This document shows, piece by piece, positions 11,830 through 40,700 of a stretch of 64,000 nucleotides of DNA. Source of the DNA: Trichoplax sp. H2. Taxonomy: Eukaryota. The notes beneath the pieces are model-generated. The model did not search any database. It had not been told where the DNA came from and was given only the letters and a program-made list of their open reading frames with translations. Made by a program: the position numbers and the translations under genes. The DNA lies in the NCBI GenBank assembly GCA_003344405.1, contig NOWV01000146.1, forward strand, positions 62,001 through 126,000, in the 5' to 3' direction. Numbering within the stretch: the first letter of the stretch is position 1; every line of letters begins with the position of its first letter.

Positions 11830-14800
11830 TTAAGATTCAATGTCTTCAACCAATGCTTGCACCTGAGCACAAAAAGTGAATAAAAGTCAACCTAACTGAT
11901 AGCAATGACGTCGTCAACAGTCTCAAATACAGTCATGATAAATCACCGATATACGCGTATTATCTTCCTATTTTTATACTTACTAAGGCATCACTAGATA
12001 TTTCTCGCCCTAATATATCTAAGCAAATAAAGAATAGGCATTGACATAAAAGTGGCTGCCAACTTAATAAAATGGTTATTATCAAGATCCAAAGTTATAT
12101 TCAACAGTCATCTATATCAGGTACCCAGAGTAAATTTACCTTCAACCATTAACTTAGGCATTTTTCCTCCTCCATAAGCTAATGCTTTACGACGATAATT
12201 CTCACCACTAACACTAAGAAGTACGTTAAAAAATTATAAAAGTTTATTACAATGTCGATCCTGCGATCGGAGAGATTAGCCGATTAGCTAGCAACAAATC
12301 CACCCGACGTACTATTCAATATAATACCTCGAAAATGGATTCTCCTTGAAACATTCTGTCCATATCATAGAAGCAATTGCTCGGCTCCAAATGTAAGAGT
12401 AATACCTTGCTCCATAATGGCCAAAATGCCCAAATCGTAAATGTGGAGCCTACAAATTACATTCCAAATAGTGTTTAAATTTGCAATGCTTTTGTCTCAG
12501 TTAGCTAACGATCAATTCATAAACCCAAGCGCTCTTACCGCTCCTTTGACGTAAGGAATCGCAGAGTACTCTTCAAGAATTTCGTTCACTATGTTATTTA
12601 TATTCTATAATGTGCGTAACACGATCATAATATGCATAAAATTACAAGAGGAACTAATTTATGAGTTACTGTATGTCGAGCTTACTCCATCTGATGGATA
12701 ATGACAATGCAGTGTCAGGTCGATTATAGCTAAGTTCAGATGATGTTGTAAATCCTGTTAAATCGTATAATTGATCAAAATCGAATCGTTAGTAAAAATA
12801 AGATCGAGATACTACGTAGAAATATAACATCTCTAAGTAAAATGGCTAGGCGTATAGTACTTAGATAATTATGATTACCAGCGCAGTAAAACATTTTTGC
12901 TCGGCGATATAATCCTTAATGACATTATCAGGCAACATCTATTCGTTTTGGCATTTACATTTCGAATATCAATATAACGTGAATAAAACGAATGTTTTTT
13001 ACGGATAGACTAAGAAATAAGATATGCGTAAAGTACCATTCCTGTTTCATGATGTCGTCCAATTGCTGCTAAAACCTAGGATATACAAACATAAAGTGTG
13101 CTAATATATTAATATGGCTAAATAAACTAAAGTATTGCCATTAGTTACCCTATGATCAGAGGCAAAACGCTCCATTAATACCGATGGAACTTCTGCAAAA
13201 TCTATAGCGCAGCGAGTGCCTGTCAGCATAAAAATTTGTAAAATAACAGCTTCAAAGCAAGGCAATGATCTAATAAAGGCCAACAAGGAAGAGAATTGCT
13301 GTACCGGTAACATGTTGATATTTTGTTCTCGCGAACATTGCTGCCAATTGCAATATAATAAAAGAGGAAAATAATTAGCTACATTCTATTACATCTTACA
13401 GAAATCTTATTTCGATAAATAACTCAGAAAAGCTTACAGTGCATTGCGTGTCCCATTTCATGGAATAAATTCGACATGGACTGCATACATAGAGACAAAA
13501 CCTGATCAAAACTGAAGTAACTCATTTCCTATAACATCCAATATCACGATTAGATTTCAAAATTTCTTACCGAATAGTTAAGAAAGCTTGGTGTTGAAGT
13601 GCTCGGAGGTCTAGATTAAATAACCACATATGCCAGCAGAAAAATACTTATTCTAGTATTGTGCTTTATAATTTAAAGGTACACTGATTGATTAGCTTTG
13701 AATAACAGAAAAACTTACGCAAAGTTGCAAGACAAAACAGCAACAGGTAGCTAAAAACATTAACAATTTGATCTAATTTAATCATCCAATTAATAGTTCA
13801 AAACTATCGTCACAGCTTATTCTTACCTGATATGATCCATCTTCTAGTAACTTTCCTCCAGAAATAGTATGATGTGAATCCTGTATAATGTTAACCAAGA
13901 ACGTTAAAATTGTCCTTATGTTCGAGCATAATATCATTTAGTAACTTACCGAAGACGAAAACTTCTTGTAGCGTGCGTATAAATCGCAATATAAATACCC
14001 TAAAACATCACCGTCTCCATCGTAGACGCCCTTCATGGGTAAAGGAAATTAGTTATATTTACTATTTTTCCTTACAAATCACAGATAAAGCACCAATTAC
14101 GGAGCACTTAAAAAGAATTACCAGTTTAACAATCTTGTCGGCCCACAGCTATTAACAGATATCCAAAAAGTACATGCTCGGTAAATTTAAATTGTCATTT
14201 CAAACTATAAAATTATCAAAAGAGTACATTCTATTTAAAAATTTTATATACCTCATTTCGGCCACATGGCACTGGTACCAATGACACATTGTAAATTTTC
14301 TTGAACAATGTATTTAGTCCCTTTACCAAACAAGAGAATATAAATAGACGCAACGGGATGGGAGTAAAAAACAATATAATATTTATTTAGGATACTGGAG
14401 TACCTCCATGCAAGTGCCAACCGAAAAATATTCGGATACTGAACCACCTCCTGCTGGAAGTCTATTGAGAAATAACGAGTACTGCATGAATATTCATTAT
14501 TACTATAGCTGTATAGTTGAAAATGTATATTCACCTAATTTTTTTATTTGCTAAAGCAAAATGGTTTACATCCCAAGGTTTAATATCCTATAAGTGTAAG
14601 GGTTGCAAGATCTTTCAAATTAGTAAAATTCTATATAGTTCTGATATTTTACTAATTTCGTTTTCTGTAGAATTTAATATTGAAATCCAAGAGCCCACCT
14701 TGGCTAGAGGATATTCCAATTGCTTCATTCTGTAATCAATATTTAAAAAAAGTTATGCAATACATTAGTACTGCAATATAAGTGAATAAAGGAAAACTTA

Positions 14801-17800
14801 ATGCTCTTAAGATATTCGAACACAGTATACAACGTAGAACAGTAACAAATTATAGATAATCTTACATCACAAAGTCAAAATTATCCACAAATAAATTTGT
14901 ATAAGGTAAAATTTGTACATTATAGAAAGATATTTAAATAATACCTTAACATGTCCTCAAGTTCCTTTTCTACTCTATAAAGGAATAGGCAATTAAGATT
15001 AGAATATGAACCGCAGTAACAAAAGCTCATAATGATGAATTACTGCAACGTTACACAAATTCTAAATTCGTTAAATTACATATTCACATTACCTATGTTT
15101 AACTGCATTTGCAGCCGACTTTAAGAAATTTAACGCGTTTTCTAATAAATTTCAATTATAATTGAAATATAATCCTCTCAGTCATGCATAGAATTGTGTT
15201 AGCCAATACTCTGGTTAAAGAATAAATGTGACTCTCACCAGGTGTTTGAACCATAGTATCAAGAAGGATTTGATGTGCAAACGATTTAAAACTAATATGT
15301 ACAACAGAAATATATAAACGAATAATTATGGTAGGCATGAAGTAAGAATTATAGAAATTTAGCTTTATGTATTCATTGAATGATTCTAATCCAACCAACC
15401 CTGCAAGTTGCGACATATTCTGTCTGACTTTTAACAGGGACTTTAAGGTATCATCTTGCCGATAATTAAAGCTATTATAAGCTCTATAGGCGAACTCTCT
15501 TAACTGTAGTTAAAGTAGTTCCAATCAGCCAGTTACGAAATAATACTGTACTCGGACGCAATGGATACTAATAAGAAATGTATAAACTTACATCTTCTTG
15601 TGGGCTATCATGATAGGTATATGTAACTTCAACATAATTGGAAATACTTCTAAAACTGTTAGAACAAAAATAGAATAAATTCACAAAGCAAGTTAAGCAA
15701 GCTGGATAAGGTTTAACACAGATACAGTGCAATGATGAGATTGTAGCAATTCTGCATTAATAATACTTTCGCGTCAAATTTAGTTTTCTTTGCCACTAGT
15801 ATACGTACAGTATATAGCATGTGCGTTAACATAACCGATACATTTATATATACCTGTTGATTAAATGTTTCGGACACCGATCTGCAGATACTAAAGTTGG
15901 TGCTACAGAAAATAATATTCAATTATACTATCAGCTGGAATGATTAAATTATTTACCGATAAAACAATAAATTTGAGAAGATAGATTATTCTCACCATGA
16001 CACTGTTGAATAAACTGATCACATAATGAGACAATTTCCATATCTAATTTCACTTTTTTCTCTCTCTAGCAGGTACAAGACAATTAATACAAGATGTGAT
16101 ATAAGGACTACTTTGCCGTAATGGGCTATTATATTGGTAAACTTTACAACTTACTGTAGCATCGTCCAAGTGAACACCACTTTGTTCAAAATCATTTAAT
16201 AATAATCTTGCTACAATCCTAAATTGATATAATGATATATTAAATGCTAACATTAGCGTAATCATTTTAGTGCCAATTCCCGTAAGGAATTCTCTCAGCC
16301 AATGATTAACGATAAATCATAATCTTTATTAGGTTTGCTCAATGATTAATTTAGAATTGATTTTCTTCTATAAAAGCAGATCAATTTTTAAATCGCACTT
16401 TGTATCTTCTTTCATCGTATTAACAATGGTTTTATTATCGACAACTTCTTTTAAGACATTGTAAAGGCCCACATTGGTATTTAACTTTGACACTAGCGAT
16501 AGCATGGTCATGCAAGTACTTTCAGCAGCACTAACAAATGCAGGTTGAGAGTGTGACAGCCTGATAAAATTTGCCTATATACGCGTAAAATATAACAAGT
16601 TCAATTAGTTACGTGTAACGTTGTTGAATATTTATGGAAAAAACTAGCGTCAGACACCAATACAAAAGTTCCATTAGTTAAGTGTAATCTTGTTGATTAT
16701 TTACGCCAAAGAAATAGTCTCAGATACATATTTAACTTATGAGCTATGCAGTCAATCAATTTGAGGCATGTTTTAAAGTTTATTAAGCTGAGTGTATCCC
16801 TTGTAGAAGTGGGTAGTTTACTACCGAATGACTTACGAGGTCAGCAAGTAGGCATATTTCATTTGATAGCTGATCCAGAAGATCGACACTACGCCCTGAT
16901 GGAGGTTCGGTGAGGATCATCTGAACGAACCTAAAGTGTAAAGTATTACCTAATTGAAGTAATCATAGGATAGTATATCCGTAGTAATACTAGCAATATG
17001 ATACTATAATATCTTTTCCAGCTGGAAAAAATGTGTATTTATTACTTTAATTATTACATAATTAAATTAATCACAGGATAGTATATCCGTGGTAATACTA
17101 ACTAGCAATATGATCCTATAATATCTTTTCCAGCTAGAAAAAATGTGTATTTATGACTTTAATTATTACATAATTGAATTAATCATAGGATAGTATATCC
17201 GTAGTAATACTAGCAATATGATGCTATATCTTTTCCAACTGGAAAAAATGTGTATTTATTACTTTAATTATTTTCGCTATAGAATAAATAATCATCTTTA
17301 CTGTACGTTACCTCTCACATTCTTGCAACGAGTGCTTTTGCCATTTTGCAAAGTCCGACGGTCTTTGCAATTTATTAACTCCTAATAATCCCTAGTAACA
17401 GCACACAATGATATCAATTCTAATGGTTGAAATTGATTGAGGGTATGACATTATTTGTATACGTTTGCGATAATACGAGTTAAGCAACATTGATTCAATT
17501 GGTCCATGATTATGTTTTGCAATTTTGCAACAGTTGTAAATGGAATAAAAAAAAGAGCACAATTGCAGTTTGGATTAAGATTTTTTTATAATCTCTTTCC
17601 TTCATGTACTGTACAGTCTATTAACACATTGTATACGTCCATTTAATTGCAGCGGATTGATGATATGCTTCTCTTGTGTATTGGTGACGGGAATAGTAAA
17701 CAGACCATCTAATTTTATACATACGCATATACTGGTAGAAGCAATAAGAAACTATTTTCTCCTGCCTACGCGTCGATTGCTTCGGTATGGAAATGCGTCT

Positions 17801-18533
17801 ACAACTAATTCAGCGTTGAAATACGTAGGTATGCAATTTTAGCGTAAGTCAGTTTATTGGTGGATGGCCAATCAGGTCATTTTGCTGAAATTTAATAACG
17901 CAGTATTTATTCAATACTTTGCAACTGATTGGAAGCTAGATCAAACTTGGACAATTTGAGGTTCATATTTATTTGGTACCTGCATGAATTGAAGATAGCG
18001 TAGAGTACAGTAACATTTTCAGTCATTTTTAATCCTCATTGTAAGATAAAAATAAGTAGAGTATCGCATAGCATCGATCTCGGCTGATGATGACAGCTTG
18101 TGCCTCTACTGTGTACTGTATACTACGGTGTTACTGAGAGTCTCTGGCTGTCATTACCGTCATCAACTGATCTATTGACGATCGTAAAACAGAGGCATAG
18201 AGTATAGTAGGTAGCAGCACTGTCAAGTTGGTGTAAATTGTGCAATATGAAGGTTTAAAAGAGTCCATTGGAATGCAAGCTAGGATCTTTTAGTCTGCAA
18301 GCATCTTGTAGAATGTATACTCAATACAGTAGTAGATAATCCATCCATCTCAAAGCGCTTTAAAGCGTTGCAACAACGGTACAACCTACCACAAGATCAT
18401 TGGTTGTATATTGATGTGATTGATCTGGTCGATCAAAAGCCTCTGTAATCTTGGAGTATTTTCGATTCAATAATGGTGCAAAACGATGCAAGCTTGCAAT
18501 CTTGTTATATGGAAGAAATCGATTTGCAATCAT
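11830..18533 (-). CDS. MIPEP: Mitochondrial intermediate peptidase (M3 metallopeptidase), ~32 exons
   Basis: Zinc motif [12 protein letters not shown] (exon 13438-13480), [72 protein letters not shown]. First coding exon 18390-18533 encodes a basic presequence-like [28 protein letters not shown]... and joins in phase 0 to GLLGVNKL (17312-17391). Stop TAA at 11830-11832. Confidence 0.95.
16961..17272. repeat. Intronic tandem repeat in MIPEP, ~3 copies of ~110 bp
   Basis: aatca(t/c)aggatagtatatccgt...gaaaaaatgtgtattta recurs at ~16961, ~17069 and ~17181. Confidence 0.92.
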
Positions 18534-18707
18534 GGCCAGTCTGAGAATCTTTCTTGGATCGAAGAGCTAGTCATAAGCCAGGAGGCTCAAGGAGATGAGT
18601 TAACGTGCAGAGCTCAGCCAGACACCACAACTACGTGTAGAGTGACCTGAGGTGCAGTTCACTCACAGTCTGTGCCAACCAGCTCATTTGAATGACAATG
18701 GGGGACA

Positions 18708-18847
18708 GAGTACAGTACAGTGCTTAAGACAAGACTCGTTGTACTATACGCTACACGAGCATCGAGCGGTCTTCTTCTAGTAGTCCGTATAGAGTATAGT
18801 ACAGTACTGTGTTGTGATAGTACGGTCAGTACTGTACTATACTGTGC
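18708..18847. promoter_or_regulatory. CAGTA/TACTG pentamer patch upstream of MIPEP
   Basis: gagtacagtacagtg...agtacagtactgtg...cagtactgtactatactgtg lies directly 5' of the putative first (5'UTR) exon of MIPEP. Confidence 0.55.
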
Positions 18848-19611
18848 AGGCTACTGATTGCGTCACGTAATCACGATTCATCCATGGCTGGACATTTTGA
18901 AATTTTGAATACAAAATACTAAATCACCCTCATGAAATTGGTTTCAAGTTCCTTATGAAACATAACTAGACTATGTTAAACTTATTTATTTGAAAGATTG
19001 AATGCATCAACAGTTGTGAAATGGCTTTAGTATAGTCGCTGTCGTGTAGTAAACGCTTGGCGCATGCCGAGATTACTGTAAACGTACACAATCGCAATAC
19101 GAAATAAAAGCGTAAGGTACGGCGTTAGCGATCTATGCAAGGGCGATCCACCTTCATAAGACATGAAAATCAGTCCAATTTGCTGAAGTAAAACCATAGC
19201 GGTTCTTGTCATAGCAATGGCTGTTTATTGTACAATACTGACTCATGAAGGACGGTATAGAGCCTCTTATGACAGTAGTATCTTGACCCAAATAGCTATT
19301 TCTGACTGTCAAAGTGTGTACAGTACACTCACTCAACACAGTACTGCATGTTGAAGTTACGTGATCATCAAGTTACCTTAATTTCACCATCATGTTTAGG
19401 TTAATGGATGACTACAAGTACATACAGTTACAATACTAGACTGATTTCTTACTGACTACATAGTGCATACTGGAGAAGTGAAAAGAGGTCATTATTGGAT
19501 TGTATCTCCACTTCTTCCAAAGTCCTAACTCCTATCCTAACAAGGAGATTTTTGCCATTAGATTCAGCGTAAAAGCTTAGAAAGACATTATTAAAAAACG
19601 GTATGATAGGG

Positions 19612-19808
19612 GTCACGTGGGTCAGTACAGTACTGTACAGTACAGTACAGTATTGTTCTCGGTAGAAGTCCACATTCAGGCTGCAGTACTGTACAGTACT
19701 GTACAGTACAGTAAAGTACAATACAATGTACTGTACTGCACAGTGCACAGCGCAGAGTCTCGGCCAACCAATCCACAGCTCGCATTCATCCCCACATGGT
19801 CACGTGAC
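19612..19808 (+). promoter_or_regulatory. NALCN proximal promoter: E-boxes, CCAAT box and CAGTA patch
   Basis: GTCACGTGG 19612-19620, CAGTA/TACTG array ~19622-19750, CCAAT 19768-19772, palindromic GTCACGTGAC 19799-19808. ATG at 19943. Confidence 0.6.
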
Positions 19809-19942
19809 TAGGGGGACAATAGACTGAAGATCTTTCCCTTTAACGTTAACTTTGGTTACTCGGTTTATTGGCTAGACTAGCAGAAGGATTCTAGCGAAAA
19901 TTGATTAATTAATTAACTACCTAGGTAGAAAAAGCAACAACA

Positions 19943-35711
<15,769 letters not shown>

Positions 35712-37704
35712 TGACCGATGTCTATTTGACAATTTTAAAGATTTAAAATATTGACAACTGCACTTAATACGGAGCAAACTGTAATCCTCCATGATGGGTT
35801 ATATTAACTATTTTTACCATACGAAATTAACGATATCACGAAAGACTATTTATTTATTGGTGAAATTGGATCAATAAGATTAATATTTTAGTTATATCAC
35901 CTTCAAAGAATACATTAGCCACTTTAATGATTACTATAGGATTAGTAGTGATAATTGATGTAATCAATTTTGAATGGAAATGGACAGATTTTGATACAGT
36001 TAACAATTTTCCTATTTAATACCCGACCTGTACTATATACGAAGGGCGAAAATAACACTGAATAATGCAGCACCTTCAAAAATTTTACAACCCCTGTCAA
36101 TTGTACTATTTTGATACATCTTTGCTGAACATGTTTAGTGATGCTTTATTGTAATATATTAAATTATGCTCGCAATTTCAGGATATCTATGCGTAATATG
36201 GCAGATCTGCAAGCTTTTGATGCATTAAAAATGCACGGCTTCGAAAGATTGCAAGCATAAGATGTAAACTTCTATAGTGCTCCGTTATTCGCAGAAAACG
36301 CAACTATATTTCGTTTAAAGTTTCTTTGAGCCATCTCAGTAGATCACTATCCTAACGTATAAAATACGTACGAGATACTACGTACTAGAAGTCTTTAAGA
36401 GTTTTGCGAATGACAGCATCTGAAAATACCTATCTATCTTAATGAAATGATGAAATCGTTTGTCATAAATAACATCATTTATCATGCAACTAATATTTAT
36501 ATAATTTTATTTACCGCCCTTATTAAAGATTGCTTTGATTAAGCCTAATGTGGGTTACGGTGTAGTTATGTATGTATATATATTGCTTCTGAAACAATAT
36601 ATAAATCCACGCCCTTCGTATATGTTTATACCTGCAGTAATATTAATTCAACGCCTTCCGTTGCTAATTTTGATGGTAAGGATGGAAGTTGAGCGACATT
36701 TGTATAATATAGTAAATGAATTCTTCATTTGCTTGGCAAGGAATCGTGTGACCTTAGGTTCAAAGTATTAATAATATAATTCAGGAGAATTAAGTTGCAT
36801 AAATATCTTCCGATTAGTTATTACGAATTCTACTTTGTATATACTCGTAATTCATGATAAGCGTGTCTGTTCAACCAGCTAATTTCTATCTTCAAGAAAT
36901 AGGATTCACAAATGCATAGACCACGACTTGTAAGAGTAATTATTAATTATTCATAGAGCTGTTCTAACCTTCTAGGTTGCATTCAAGTCCACAATTTAAC
37001 CCAAAACGATACATCATAGGATCTAAAGTGATTCCAGGCTATGGTACAGAAGGAAAATAATTTATCATTCAAGAGAGAATCTTCAGCTCGATATGCAGTA
37101 CAACAGTATTTAAATACTATCTCCGCGTTACATCTTTGCTTACTATAACGTAATTTTATTTTCTATAATATCACAATATCAGTTTACTAGACATTATTAT
37201 ACGGAATATAATAATGTTTCTATAAACCCTTTAATACATTCGATGTTACAGTAATAATTAAACGGTAGTAGTACAATACCACAATAACTTTACATATCAA
37301 ATTGTGGTAAAGCTACCATTATCAATACGTGTACGAGCATGTATATCGGCATCTGATATTTTGGGAAAGCATAAAATTTATGTAATAATACAAATATGTC
37401 ATCGAAGACAGAGGTTGACAGTTGTAGTAGAGATATAATCAGAGCAACAAATTGCAATATCAATTAACAGACAAGAGCAATAGCTACCCATATTATTCTA
37501 ATTCAAATTGACTGTAACTTTTAAATTTAGTCCGAAATACCGTAAGCTGTACGTAATCCGCCGTACCGACACATACAAGATAAACAATTCATATTATAAT
37601 ATTACGGCCCACCGTGCGATAGCTATAGCTTCAATGCTAAATACTGTTAATTTATTATTTATTTTTTTCAATAATATATAATATAATCAGTGATGAGTAG
37701 GTAA

Positions 37705-40700
37705 CTACGATGACGTTGTCGAGTCACAAAACAGTGAAGTAGGCCCAGTAGGTACTTTCTCTTTATTAGAAGGATCTTTCTTAGTATGATCTGACTTTCT
37801 CTTTTGGACACGAGCTGATAAATTTTTGACAATGTCTAATAATTTCTCTGATTGCATACCAGATTTCGCCGGAAAAGCCGATGATTTATATCCTTTGCTA
37901 CTACAGGCATTGCTATTGCCTCGAGACCGACTATGATATCGTCCTTGCACTGAGCTTTTTGATGATAATGGGTCAGATGCCAATCTCGCTTTTTTGAATG
38001 ATTTATTAGTGGTGCCCCCAAAACTGTCATAGCAACAATTGCTACTATCGCGCTTAGAATAAATACTTTGGATAACGGGCAAATGCGACCATATGAAAGC
38101 ATCTTTCACGGGGTTACATTTTCGAATATCACCAAAACGATCTAAAGCCAAAACATAGTCATCTACAGAAATGCAAGGAAAGGTTTAAAAATGGCATGCA
38201 GCTAACGTCCGTTACTGTAAGCAATTAGTTTACACAGTCAATTTTACACTAATAAGTGAGTTACAACACTACTTGCAGCACGATAAAAACAACCTTTTGA
38301 TGCCTTGGTAAATTGATAGTATAAACTAGATTCCAAATCATTATACCAATAAGCTTCAATAAGGTAGAGCACATATTCATGAAATAGTGTATGAAGTAAA
38401 TGATACGATCCTAGATAGGAAATTATAATTGTCAGCCTTCAAAATTGTTCCTACTATTTAATAAAATAAAGTACAATACTATATGTTGCGTGATTTGCTG
38501 TATCATGCAAGACCTTACCAAAACTTCCAGCACTACGAAGAGTAAAATCTCGAATGACTAAGGATGATATAAAAGACCAAGTCAAAATAAATTCTTCTGC
38601 AGCTTTCTTTATTACTTTTCGATCGTTGGATTTCTATAATGTTAACCCAAAAATACGAGTATAAATAAGATGATTAAATTGTTGTAATTACTACATTTTA
38701 CGACACGACAGAAGAATTTTCTCAATATCCTACACATTTTTACCGAGAAAACACAATCATTGACAATAGCGCTTAGCCAACTGATATATTCTTCGATTGC
38801 TGCACGCTTCGATAATAAATCTTTAAATATATGCAAGTCTACATAAAATGCCATTAATCGAATAATTAGTCTACGAAATAGTAATAATCTGGTTATTGAA
38901 TTAGATATTGGCTGTTGCAACAGTAAAGCTTACTTTTTCCAATAGCTACAGCCATTATATCTGTCTTATCATGAGAATACATCCATACTGTCTCAAAAAT
39001 AACTCTTTGTTCGTCAACTATTTCCCAATCCGCTATCATACTTTCTAACACTGAAGCAGTGCCAAGTTCGTTACGAGCAGCCTAAAATAAAAAATTTAGA
39101 TCATATCGTACCTTACCGTACAGTTACTGTACCGGAACTAGTTAAAACAATAGCAGCGTTTCTATATCAACACGATGTTAGTGATACTACCAACCTGAGC
39201 CAAGTGAGCTAATGAAGTTAACCGATGTAGTGACTTGCTAAATGTATAAGCAACTAGTAGTAAAAGCCAATAAACAACGTAAGTATGTTGGGCTAAACTT
39301 GTATGCAGCCAAAAATTTAATTTACTATAGTTTAATGAATACAGGACTTTACGAACAGTCAATTTCTTCTAGACTATATATAGACAAGACAATTATGCTG
39401 ACAATCTTGACATACCGTTTGTCTTGCAATCAATTAAATATTGGGGCGCATATCCACTTAAACCGGACACAATCCAATCCTCAAGTTGATGCGCAAAATT
39501 TCTTATGGCCCGCGTCAGACTAATTTATCGAAATAAGTTAGTACGATATTTTTATAATTATCAATTAATAACACCACCGTACGGTAGAATATTTAATTTA
39601 AGCCAGCATTTCATTATTTCTTAAACCTGACGGCAATCGCATCTAACGTTCCAGGAACTAAAATATGACCAATACTCTATATAACAGTAATCGCTCATCA
39701 TTATTATTAAAGTTTTATCGTAGTAAAGTGATTACATAAAATGTTCTTACTTTATACAAAATCATATCACAAATACATATGAGATCACTTGCTGGTGGAC
39801 AGTGTAAAACATCTGTCATTTGCGGAGGCAAATCGTGCCAAAAATGAGAAATAATCTCTTGAATCTGCAGTTTTATTGCAATAAAACTTACATTAGTAAA
39901 GACGGACTACAAAAAAAATTAATCTACAGTATATTTACAGCAAAACTTGACCTGATACTAAAATACTTTTCTTGGTATCAATTACATTTATATTTTAATT
40001 TAAAAGCCGGTACGAAATATCTTACTTGTCTAAGATTGCCACACACCACGGTATCCAATAATTTATGGCAGTGCGCTCGATACAATATAAAGAAGGTTTC
40101 AATCTATAGCAAATAAGAAAGAAATTAAGATTTATAGCGACTATGAATAAATAGGATGATCTCGCTCTTACCTTATCTCGAATCTCCAAATCTGGTAAAT
40201 TTAAATCACCAGCATTAGGGAATTCAGGAAGCATAGCATCATGGCTACGTACTACATCATCTATGACAGATTTGGGCAAAACTAGTAGTCCTTCAGCCTA
40301 ATAATAAATTGATAATATTAAATACCTAAATGGAACGCTATTGTCAGTAAGGAAACTATTCGCTGCATAATATTCTATATAGATCAACTTACCGAAGGAT
40401 CATCATTTAACTGGTCGTTGAATCTGATTGACATGTATGACGTATAGATAAAGTAAGTATTACGTGACAACATGATATCATTGATATACGATAAAAGTCT
40501 TAAGTTAGATTGTTAATTTAAATATTAGACCTTGTATTGTGTTTAACACTAATTTTTCTAAAGTAGCTATGGAAATTTGATGTTGATTTCGGCCCAATTC
40601 CGTAGTAATGATATCTATGATAGCAATATAACTAGAAAATGAGTAAACTTAAATTTTGTAAGATCTTTCAGCGATATTTGACAATCCGTAAAATCTTTTG

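Noticed and set aside
17463-17728. Alternative MIPEP first exons or a U12-type intron
   Set aside because: The 17728 start needs non-canonical splice sites and the 17507 start gives no presequence. Exon 18390-18533 supplies a canonical phase-0 junction and a presequence.
18860-19610. MITE or other non-autonomous element between MIPEP and NALCN
   Set aside because: No terminal inverted repeats, target-site duplication or second copy was found in the window.
19449-19811. ORFs rich in VQYST/YCTVL
   Set aside because: These are translations of the CAGTA pentamer patch, not proteins.
36638-37060. Spliced mini-gene or alternative NALCN tail (AG...GTAAG-bounded segments at 36638-36675, 36903-36929, 36976 onward)
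   Set aside because: No convincing reading frame or homology, and one intron would be only 46 nt. Such signals arise by chance in AT-rich DNA.
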